A stretch of DNA of 63,460 nucleotides, filler included, from Reclinomonas americana ATCC 50394 (taxonomy: Eukaryota), in assembly GCA_048213135.1 (NCBI GenBank). It is 4 parts of 3 records of this genome, joined end to end, with 100 filler letters (N's around TTAATTAATTAA, not from the genome) between each part and the next. Parts side by side here need not be neighbours in the genome. Positions count along the whole stretch, not along the records: positions 1 to 17,865 come from PS015313.1; positions 17,966 to 49,346 come from PS015314.1; 2 more parts are not named here. One strand, given 5' to 3'. Under the pieces are notes generated by a model, which was not told the DNA's origin, made no database searches, and saw only the letters and a list, made by a program, of their open reading frames with translations. Positions within the stretch are counted from its first letter, which is position 1. Each line of letters opens with the position of its first letter. This document shows positions 15,750-25,582 of this stretch, one piece after another. The translations under genes were made by a program, and so were the position numbers.

Positions 15750-16826
15750 ATGTCACTCTCCACCGCCGCTCTCCCTTCCAAGTGTTTGTCGGGCCACCTT
15801 CTCTGGGTGCTGTCCGTCGTCGTCACTCCCGATGGTCAGTTCATTGTGAGCGGCAGCTGGGACAAGACAATCCGCGTGTGGTCGTTGGCGACTGGAGTGG
15901 AGGTGCGATGTTTGCGGGGCAACACCGCCTGGGTGCATTGTGTTGCCATGACGCCTGATGGCCAGCTCATCGTGAGTGGAAGCAATGATTGGTTGGTGCG
16001 AGTGTGGTCACTGGCGACGGGAGAGGAAGTGAGACGATTGGAGGGGCATGGTGGGAGAGTGGAATGCGTTGCCGTCACCCCTGATGGCCAGCATGTGGTG
16101 AGTGGAAGTACTGATGCGACAGTGCGAGTGTGGTTGCTGGCGAGTGGAGAGGAGGTGCGACGGATGGCTGCACACACGAGAGCAGTGTCATCTGTCGTTG
16201 TCAGCAGCGACGGCCGACTTGTGGTGAGCGGCAGCAACGACTGGACCGTGCGAGTGTGGTCACTGGTAACTGGGGAGGAGGTACGACGGTTGAGCGGGCA
16301 CACTCGGCCGGTGACGTCTGTCGCCATCACTCTCGATGGACAGTTTGTGGTGAGTGGGAGTGGAGACAAGACGGTGCGGGTGTGGTCGCTGGCGAGTGGA
16401 GAACAAGTGCAACGACTGGACGGGCATGGTGCACAGGTAAACTCTGTCGTCGTCACTCACGACTCTCAGTTTGTGGTGAGCGCGAGTGATGACAAAACAG
16501 TGCGAGTGTGGAGCTTGGCGAGCGGCAAGGAGGTGCAACGGCTGGAGGGGCACGATAACATGGTGGTATCCGTCGCCGTTTCTCCCGATGGCGAGTACAT
16601 TGTGAGTGGCAGTCACGACGAGACGGTGCGAGTGTGGTCCACGCCACGCGGACTTGCTCGAAGAGAGCTCGATGTGGCGAGGTTGGCGATGCAGGCCGTG
16701 CAGGAGATGCAGAGCGAGGATGCAGATTCGCGGTGTCTGCCGGAGATGGTGATGCGCTGCTTCATCGTGGAGGAGGCCGAGGTCGTGTTGCATCGAAGCG
16801 TCGCTGATCTAGGCACTCACTGGTGA
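15750..16826 (+). CDS. Intronless WD40 protein, 7 repeats plus conserved C-terminal tail (paralog 3)
   Basis: Seven WD40 repeats and the same tail. Confidence 0.92.
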   Translation: MSLSTAALPSKCLSGHLLWVLSVVVTPDGQFIVSGSWDKTIRVWSLATGVEVRCLRGNTAWVHCVAMTPDGQLIVSGSNDWLVRVWSLATGEEVRRLEGHGGRVECVAVTPDGQHVVSGSTDATVRVWLLASGEEVRRMAAHTRAVSSVVVSSDGRLVVSGSNDWTVRVWSLVTGEEVRRLSGHTRPVTSVAITLDGQFVVSGSGDKTVRVWSLASGEQVQRLDGHGAQVNSVVVTHDSQFVVSASDDKTVRVWSLASGKEVQRLEGHDNMVVSVAVSPDGEYIVSGSHDETVRVWSTPRGLARRELDVARLAMQAVQEMQSEDADSRCLPEMVMRCFIVEEAEVVLHRSVADLGTHW

Positions 16827-17250
16827 ATTGCAGAGGACACTGCACGGCCAGCATCGCCTGCGAGTGGCGGCGCCGTGACATTCTGGTCTCCCGGCAAACG
16901 AGGCACTGAGAGAGAGGGAAGTCAAATACAAGTGATACAGTACGAGCTCGAGTCTAGATGAGAGAGGTGGAGTCCGTGATCAGTATCTTAGATGAATCAA
17001 TGACTGTTAGCCCGCTACCAACGTTCAGGATGCGATCGTACTGTTCAACCACGCTCACGCGGTGAAGATCGCACGCGAGAACCGACAGCGAAAGTGCTCC
17101 CGTTGCCTTTCTTTCCAGAATTGCATGCGCTCTTCAATGGCTTGCGAATTGTCAACTGCAGCAAAACGCAGCAGAGATATCGATGGCAGTTTTGTGTACG
17201 CTGAGATCTTGATACCTTACACGAGGCACCCACTGGTGTTGGTGTTGATG

Positions 17251-17530
17251 GTTCGGAGCTCCGAGAGCGAACACACAACAACAAACAAGCAACAGCTGTC
17301 TTGATGACCAAGTTCAACCGCATCCAAAACATCAACACAGACACTAATCTTGAGGCAGCAGCAGGTTCCTTGTGTGTGTGTGTGTTCGCTCTCGGAGCTC
17401 CGAACAAGTCGAGAACTGTGATCATACACAAGAAAATCTGTTGCTGCCGTCAAGACTATGGTGTTTGTGTTGATGTTTTGGATAGGGTTCGACTTGGTCA
17501 TCACAATACAAGACAGCTGTTGCTTGTTTG
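17251..17530. repeat. Two interleaved inverted-repeat pairs (A-B-A'-B')
   Basis: 17251-17277 is the exact reverse complement of 17379-17405. 17282-17364 is an imperfect reverse complement of 17438-17530. Confidence 0.85.
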
Positions 17531-17614
17531 GTTGGTGATGAAGCTTGTTTGCCAAGGATATTGAAATTTGACCGTTACAAAAATTTCTTTTCACACTCAA
17601 CACACCACAGAGCG

Positions 17615-17865
17615 ATGAGCGGATCGACCTCGACCTCGACCACCACCACCACCAGTAGCAGTAGTGCTCTTGTTGTTCCTCAGTTGTGGCTGGATCGAGC
17701 AGAGGAGGCGCTGGATGAGTGTGTCAAGGAGGCGTGTTCGTCGTCGGCGGCGGGCATCAAGCTGACGGCGGCGCAGTCGCGGCACTTGTTGAAGGAGCAT
17801 CACCGACGCAAGTTGTATGTGTGGAATCGCTTGAAGGATCGCTTGGTGCATCCGGAGATGAAGGC
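17615..17865 (+). CDS. Hypothetical protein, N-terminal fragment cut by contig end
   Basis: ATG after an A/C-rich leader; MSGSTSTS...QLWLDRAEEALDECVKEA... with GC3-rich codons; runs into the N gap. Confidence 0.55.
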
Positions 17866-17909
17866 NNNNNNNNNNNNNNNNNNNNNNNNNNNNNNNNNNN
17901 NNNNNNNNN

Positions 17910-17921
17910 TTAATTAATTAA
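17910..17921. other. Artificial contig linker (TTAATTAATTAA between N runs)
   Basis: Six-frame-stop 12-mer flanked by Ns; identical at 49391 and 61539. Confidence 0.95.
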
Positions 17922-17965
17922 NNNNNNNNNNNNNNNNNNNNNNNNNNNNNNNNNNNNNNNNNNNN

Positions 17966-18016
<51 letters not shown>

Positions 18017-18550
18017 CAAGGGAGAAGAGAGAGAAGCAGGAAGAGATGATACGAGTCCTGGAGGAGTGAGTTGGACTCATGATGTCTCTCTTCTCTCCCT
18101 TCACTCCTCCCTTCCTCTCTTTCCTGTCTGTCTTCCTCTCGTTTCCTACTTCTTGCTCTCCCTCCCTTTCACTTGCCCCTTCCTCCTCCTCTTCCCTTGG
18201 TGTCTCTTTTCTTTCCTTTTCTCTCTTTCCCATTTGTTGCGCTTTCGCCTTTCTCTCTCGAGCACATAGCAAAGAGAAGGGGAGAGCATAGAGCTCTGAC
18301 TCAAGCGAGAGTGAGAGAGAGATTGAGTTTTTGGAGGGCATGAGAGCAGACAGCACACGGCAGTCGACCAGAGAGAAAGAGAAAGACAGAGGAGACGAGA
18401 GAGGCTTGTTGTTGATCTCGCCTGACTCTTGCTTGGGAGGGCGTGAGACAGAGTCCAGAAGGAGAGTGGAAGCCTCTCCTCTCCCTCCCATCCCTTTCCT
18501 TCTCCCCTTTCCTCTCAATCTCTACGTCATTCCCCCTTTCCATTCTCCAG

Positions 18551-19203
18551 AGGCCAGCGTCGGCAAGGGCAGGCGAAAGTCCACCTCGAAAACCGCAGAA
18601 GGTACTCCGCGCAATCCGCATTCTTCTTTCCCCCTCTTTTCCCTCTCCTAACTCCCCTCCGCCAGTCGCCCGCGATCTGGAACGCTTGTCTGGCGAGTGG
18701 GAAGTGCTGTCGGGAGTGGTGCGTGAGCTGGCGCAACGAGTACGCGAGTACCGCCAGGGCGATCTGTTTGCACGTGCCGTGGAATCAGCGCGTGCTCACG
18801 TCAAGAGCGAGGCCGATCAGTTCCGCTCCGAGTTGGCCGCCATTGACGAGCACTTTGTGCAGGTGTGTCTTTCCTGCGCTTCGATTTCTTCTGTGTTTTG
18901 CCGCTCAACCCTCCCCCTTCACAGGCTCCAAACCAAGCACGCTCACTCGATACGCATGGCGCCGTGCGTGCACTGCCGGCAGCACTCAAGCGAGAGAGCG
19001 CAGCCTTGCAGGAGTTGCGGCAGGCGGCCGACGAGCTGCCGAGACTGGCCGCTCAGCTGAATTCCGTCGCGGACATTCTGGGTGATCCCGACACGCGTCT
19101 GCCGCCGAGCGCCGTGGTCCACAAACCAGCACTCTCCACAGCGCAGGAGATGACCAAGAATCTGGGCGTGCCGTCGGCCGCCTCTCGCCGGCGGTACAAG
19201 TGA
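18551..19203 (+). CDS. Hypothetical helical/coiled-coil protein, 3' part
   Basis: Frame-compatible GT-AG exons 18551-18601, 18666-18862 and 18925-19203 (RDLERLSGEWEVLSGVVRELAQRVREY...LQELRQAADELPRLAAQL). Confidence 0.6.
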
Positions 19204-19600
19204 GCCACCGACCGCTTGTCTGTCTGTTTGCTTGTGGGTGGGGGAGGAGAATCAATGGAAAAATGAATGTCAATAGTGTGAACGAACGCGTAGTCTCTGG
19301 TGCATCGTGCAGACATCTCCACTGGCGTGATACTATAACTGATCGCCAACATGCTCTCTTCTCAAGTGGTCCGATTCAGAATGCACAGCCACCAGAGAGA
19401 AGAATTCGTCAGCAAAGAAGACGCTCATAGCAGAAACTGCGTCCAAGTGAAGAAAAAGTCAAAGCGTCTATGAGCCCGCTTGGAAACACATTACCATCTC
19501 GAGTGTGAATCAGAGATGGTGCAGTCTGGCGTTCCTCCTGCAATCACAAACTCCAACCAGGAACGCCGGCTCCACAAGATGTAACTGTACAATCACCCGC

Positions 19601-22600
19601 TCAACACATGCTTCTAATCAACTCCACCAACTGCTGCGCTCGCGTGCGCTGAATGGGTGGCCCATCCAGTTGTCCGACCGCCACTCGACGCATGAGGCCG
19701 CCCATGCCCTCGGTGCCGGCCATCAGCGCCGCCCACTGCGTGCCATACGTACTATCCTGCGTCATAACGAACAGCGCGTTGGCGGCGCTCGTGGCCACGC
19801 GATTGTTGCGATGCACGAGGCACTGCGAGAGGAGCGAGACCGCTTCCGACACAAACACGCGCTCCACCACGTCGGGCGACACGCCGGGTCGTTCGAGCAT
19901 GGCGGCCAGCGTCTCGGCGGCCCACACGTGCTCATACGGCGTGCACTCGGGCAGCAGCAGCGTCACCAGCGCGTTGGCCGATCCCGCCTCCTCCACCATT
20001 TCTTGCACCGCCGGCTGGTTCTGCGCAAAGAACATGAGCGCGCGACTCGCCGACATGTTCAGTTCGGAGGGGAAGTCCATGGCTGCGCGTGTGTGGAGAA
20101 GGGTGAGCACTCATCATCATCATCCTTCCCAACACAAGAGTGAGACTCACGTTCGCCGCCCTCCTCGGACTCGGCGGTCTCGAGGTACACGTCGGCGAGC
20201 ACCATGAGGAAATCGATGCCACTGGCGGCCAGCACCACGTCAATGTTGTCGGGGTTGCCGCGGCACGCGCTGACCACGCACGAAACCGCCTTTTCTTGCA
20301 CCGTGTGCAAATCGTGGTTCAGCAGCTGCACCAGCGGCGTCAGGCCACCGGCCCCGCGGAAATCCACTTGCGACTCGGGCGCCGACTCGAAGCACAGGCG
20401 CAAGCACTTCATGATTAACTCCATGAACTCGGGCATGGCCTTCTCGTCCACCGCCATGGCCAGCGCCGTGGCCAGATCCAGCGCGCACGACCGCAACGCG
20501 TGCTCCGGCAGCTCCAGCTCACTGGCGTGCGCCGACGTGAGGCAGTTGGTGATGGAGCGCGACAGCGAGCACAGCATGTCCATCANNNNNNNNNNNNNNN
20601 NNNNNNNNNNNNNNNNNNNNNNNNNNNNNNNNNNNNNNNNNNNNNNNNNNNNNNNNNNNNNNNNNNNNNNNNNNNNNNNNNNNNNNNNNNNNNNNNNNNN
20701 NNNNNNNNNNNNNNNNNNNNNNNNNNNNNNNNNNNNNNNNNNNNNNNNNNNNNNNNNNNNNNNNNNNNNNNNNNNNNNNNNNNNNNNNNNNNNNNNNNNN
20801 NNNNNNNNNNNNNNNNNNNNNNNNNNNNNNNNNNNNNNNNNNNNNNNNNNNNNNNNNNNNNNNNNNNNNNNNNNNNNNNNNNNNNNNNNNNNNNNNNNNN
20901 NNNNNNNNNNNNNNNNNNNNNNNNNNNNNNNNNNNNNNNNNNNNNNNNNNNNNNNNNNNNNNNNNNNNNNNNNNNNNNNNNNNNNNNNNNNNNNNNNNNN
21001 NNNNNNNNNNNNNNNNNNNNNNNNNNNNNNNNNNNNNNNNNNNNNNNNNNNNNNNNNNNNNNNNNNNNNNNNNNNNNNNNNNNNNNNNNNNNNNNNNNNN
21101 NNNNNNNNNNNNNNNNNNNNNNNNNNNNNNNNNNNNNNNNNNNNNNNNNNNNNNNNNNNNNNNNNNNNNNNNNNNNNNNNNNNNNNNNNNNNNNNNNNNN
21201 NNNNNNNNNNNNNNNNNNNNNNNNNNNNNNNNNNNNNNNNNNNNNNNNNNNNNNNNNNNNNNNNNNNNNNNNNNNNNNNNNNNNNNNNNNNNNNNNNNNN
21301 NNNNNNNNNNNNNNNNNNNNNNNNNNNNNNNNNNNNNNNNNNNNNNNNNNNNNNNNNNNNNNNCGCGCTCGATTTCGCTCTCCTCGCACTCACTGGCGTC
21401 GATGACGATGGATTCGAGGCGAGGAATGCCGTCGCATTCGCGGAGGAGTTGGAGGGTGCCCTCGCCTGGAAGAGCGGGAAGGGGGGAAGGGGGCAAAGGG
21501 GAAGGGGGCACAGGGGAAGGGGACAAAGGGGAAGGGTGAGGGGAAGGGGGGAAGGGTGCAAAGGGGAGGGGAAGGGGGAAGGGGAAAGGGAAAAGGATGC
21601 GATGCGTGGAGCAAGTTGACAGAAGGAAGGCGATAGTCGATACAGAAAAAGGAGTGGCAATAAGATGAGTTATTAAAAAGCTGAAGAGACCGAAAGCATG
21701 ACACACGGACAAGCTCAGAGGATGGACAGGACGGAGATGCAGACGACAAACGAGATAAGGAGATCGAAGGGCACACGTTGAATGAGAGTGGCCACGCAAG
21801 CCGCAGACGATGAGAAGTGCGAGTGGACAAAAGGAGGTGAACGCGACAAACAAGGTGATGTGGTTGAAGGGCACAGGTTGAGTGAACCAAATGTCAGAGG
21901 ATGCGAAGTGATGGAAATGCACGACAAACAAGAAAGGAGATCAAAGGGCAAGTTGAGCGCAACAAACGTCAGAGGGGGAAAAGGAAATTGATAATGACTG
22001 GAGGCAATGAGAACAGACAAGAAAGAATGCACAGAGACCGAAGGGTACACGTTGCATGAGAGTGGCCACGCAAGCCACAGACGATGAGAAGTGCGGGTGG
22101 ACAACAAGGAGATATACATGACAAATAAGCGAAGGAGATAAGTCGGCACAGTTGAGTGAAATAAGCATCAGACGATGAAATCGCGGGTGGACACCAATGA
22201 GATGCACGAGACAAACAAGGTGAGGAGAGCAAGATCGCAATGAGATAATGTGACCAAGCAAGTGGTAGAGGACGAGAAATGCGGGTGGACAACAAAGTGA
22301 TGCAAGGGCAGACAAGAGAAAGAGATAAAAAGGCAATGAGTGAATCAAACGTCAGAGGATGCGGTGAGAGGTGGACAAGATGAAGATGCACACGGCAGAT
22401 CGAAGGGCACAATCTGAGTGAGAGAGAGAACAAAGACGAGGAAAGGATGCTGACAAAGCACAATGAGGAGCACAAGAGAGAGAGAGAGAGAGAGCACTGC
22501 AAAGTCACGGAGGATGACGTACAGATGTTGACTGTGAAACAGTGACGTGGACATGTAGAGACAAACGGCAAACAAAGAAAAGGAGATCAAAGGGCAAGTT

Positions 22601-23002
22601 GAGTGAATCAAGTCAGAGGATGCGAAGATGCACACGGCAGACAAGAAAAGGAGATCGAAGGGCACAATCTGAGTGAGAGGGTGACCACGCAATCCTCAGA
22701 AGATGAGGAAAGCAGGCTGACGAAAGCACAAAAACGCGCACAAGAGAGACAAGCCACAGAGGATGACGTATGGAAGCTGACAATGAAATGAGGAAGCACA
22801 GTGAGGTGGACACGTAGAGAATGCACATGGCAAACAGGATAAAGAGATCAAAGGGCAAGTTGAGTGAATCAAACGTCAGAGGATGCGGTGTGAGATGGAC
22901 AAGATGAAGATGCACAGGGCAGATTGAAGGTCACAATCGAGAGAGTGACCACGCAATCCTCAGAAGTTGAGGAGAGGCGGCTGACAAATGCACAATGAGG
23001 TA

Positions 23003-23072
<70 letters not shown>

Positions 23073-23515
23073 GACTGCGAGCCGCAGAGGATGACGTATA
23101 GAAGCTGACAATGAAATGAGGAAGCACAGTGAGGTGGACAAGTAGGAAATACACATGAAGAGAACGACAATCAGGAGCTGCCTGTTTGAGTACGAGAGCC
23201 ACACACACACATGCAGCAGCAAACAAAGCACGCAGAAGAGTGACACACACACTCACGCACCCTTGGAGATGCTCTCCAATGACTCCGCCATTGATCTCCG
23301 ATGCGCAAAGCTCGATCGCTTGCTCTCCATGCCACTCAAGGCGCGATCAACCTTGCCCAGCACTGACAGAGAGAGAGAGAGAGTATGTGTGTGAGAGAGT
23401 GACGAATTTGGAAGGCGGCGTTGGCGACTGCTCCTATATTCACACACACACTCTGACACACACATTGTGTCTCTTGATGCCACAGAGGCACATGCGTGTG
23501 TGCGTGTCTGAGTGT

Positions 23516-23556
<41 letters not shown>

Positions 23557-24033
23557 TGTTGCGCTTATCACAGATGTGCATCATTCTTCCTCTTGTTCGC
23601 TCTCTCACACACACACACTGTCTCTCTTCTGTGCCACTGAAGCACATGCGAGTGTGTGCATATAAGAACAGAGAGAGAGAGAGGTGACGCACTTGTCTCA
23701 CAGATGTGCATCACTCTTCCTCTCTTATCTCTCTCTCACACACACACGCACGCAAACACACACACACACACACACATACATACACACACACACAGAGAGA
23801 GAGAGAGAGATTACACTTGTCTCACAGATGTGCATCTTTCTTCCCTCTCTCTTTCTCTCTCTCTCACACGTGCAGCTGCTGGAGGCAAGAGCGCATGTAC
23901 ACAGTGACACACAGTGTGCCTTTCATGCGCATGTGTGTGTGTGTCTCCGAGTGCGTGTGAGAGAGTGTGTGACATGTCTTCTGTGAGTGTTGGCGCAACG
24001 TTCGGCGTGCTCGTCTGTTTCCATGGCCGACAT
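19601..24033 (-). CDS. Armadillo/HEAT-repeat protein; internal N gap, termini tentative
   Basis: ARM-like repeats (FRGAGGLTPLVQLLNHDLHTVQEKAVSCVVSACRGNPDN, LLRECDGIPRL). Upstream exons near 21365-21465, 23261-23363 and 24000-24033 join in phase. Confidence 0.65.
21650..23160. repeat. Degenerate tandem repeats filling a roughly 1.8 kb intron
   Basis: Recurring blocks such as gatcaaagggcaagttgagtgaatcaaacgtcagaggatgcg and gaagctgacaatgaaatgaggaagcacagtgaggtggaca. Confidence 0.75.
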
Positions 24034-24290
24034 GGTGTGTCTCTCGTCTGTGGACAGCCTGTGCTTTCCTTCCTTTCGTTTTGGAGAATGAATGGCCGTG
24101 AATGAATGTGATTAATGTGATTTCAAATCGACTGAAATCGGAGTTCGGCTTTTTGTCTGCCATAACTGCGAGCTTAATTCTTCGGAGTTGGGCTGTGTGT
24201 ACTTGCTGCTAGTGTATGCGCGACTGGCTCTTGCGGGCCTGGCCGGAACCTGTAAGTTTGTTTCTCACTTGTGCGAGTGTAATTGGTGGG

Positions 24291-24769
24291 CATTTGTCGC
24301 ATTACTGTATTGGAATGTGGTGAATATTAATGAAGTGTTTTGTTCTCATGTGTTCATGTTCGTGTTTTTCCTGTCTGACTGGGGCATGCACGAACCCCGA
24401 CAACATTGACTTCGAATTCGAATTCGAATGCAGGTGCACGCAGCAACTGCGCCCCCATGTGCATGTATGCCACTGACAACATGAGCCTCACCAACAACAT
24501 GACCTCCTGCTCTTGTACTCAACCTCACCACCAATGAGCACGACTCCGCTGCTTCGATTGTTTCTAATTCGCAGCGTATTCACGGATCCGGATCCGGATC
24601 CGGCGAGGCACTGGAACGCCTCACCCTCCGCACGTGTGAACTAGGCCGCGCCTCTGACTGCAGCTGCTTGCGGATCTCGTGTCGCCGCACCACCTCCAAT
24701 TCATCATCACTCAATGCATAAGAAAAACACTTCATTCACCACATTCCAATAATTATAATGCGACAAATG
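24291..24769. repeat. Segment bounded by imperfect inverted repeats of about 55-60 bp (MITE-like)
   Basis: 24291-24350 (catttgtcgcatta...attggaatgtggtgaat...gaagtgtttt) matches the reverse complement of 24717-24769. Confidence 0.7.
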
Positions 24770-25439
24770 TCCATGACATCTTCGAATTCTCGCCATGCGC
24801 GTCACCGCACATCTCCTCTTCGTCGCTCTCTTCACAGACGTGTGGTGGACAGTGACGACGTTGTTCATCGTGTTGCGCCTCGTGCAGCAGGTTGACGACA
24901 CCGGCAACTGTGGGGCACAGATTGATCATGAGGACTCGCACACTCACTCGCAGAAGACGACGAACGAGCCACAAACCCTTGACAGCCTGCCGCAAGTACA
25001 CGCGGTACAAGTGCTTCACAAGGAGCCTGCGCTCACGCAAGCACGCCTCCTGTGTGTGCGGCGTGTCAACAACGGATTTTACACAAAAAACGTTAACACA
25101 CGTGCACATGTGCACAAGTTCACACACACATGAAGAACGGCGCCAAGAAAGTTTGATGTGGGGATCTTGCCCTCGTCGAAGAAGGCAGCGATACTCGCCA
25201 GCGAATAAATAAAATAGGTGCGTCTCTCTTGCGCTGACATTCAAGCAAAAACAGTGGGCAGGACGGAAACGTACGAAAATGGCGGGACCAAGAGCACTGT
25301 GCTGCAGAGACTGACGTTGTTGTTGGAGGACCATCTTGTCGACGGCCGGAAAGACATGGCCGTGGATCAGGAGGCTGAAGATCTTCGACCGCTGCGCATG
25401 CGCATGCCAGTCGACGTTCTTCGATATCTCCGCTATCAT
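24753..25439 (-). CDS. Hypothetical protein (about 4 exons), head-to-head with ALG12
   Basis: Phase-compatible exons give MIAEISKNVDW...VDKMVLQQQPQERRTYFIYSLASIAAFFDEGKIP...EACLRERRLLVKHLYRVYLRQAVK; no recognisable family. Confidence 0.4.
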   Translation of the reverse strand: MIAEISKNVDWHAHAQRSKIFSLLIHGHVFPAVDKMVLQQQRQSLQHSALGPAIFVRFRPAHCFCLNVSARETHLFYLFAGEYRCLLRRGQDPHIKLSWRRSSCVCELVHMCTCVNVFCVKSVVDTPHTQEACLRERRLLVKHLYRVYLRQAVKGLWLVRRLLRVSVRVLMINLCPTVAGVVNLLHEAQHDEQRRHCPPHVCEESDEEEMCGDAHGENSKMSWTFVAL

Positions 25440-25582
25440 CGACCAAGCCAATCACCAGCAGCTATCGGCCAACGAGCACGTCATCCTACGAGCCCGTCAG
25501 CAGCAGGTGGTCTCTCGCACAAGAGGAGAGCGCACAAAAATGAAGCCTGTCCGGTTTTGTCCTGTTTCTGCAATCGACATTG

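Noticed and set aside
17910..17921. TTAATTAATTAA palindrome, also at 49391 and 61539
   Set aside because: Always embedded in Ns; an assembly linker. Gene neighbourhoods across it are not meaningful.
25452..25484. In-frame TGA upstream of the hypothetical minus-strand gene (MTCSLADSCW*LAWSM), possible selenocysteine or readthrough
   Set aside because: No recognisable selenoprotein context; TGA is a normal stop in several genes here; more simply 5' UTR.
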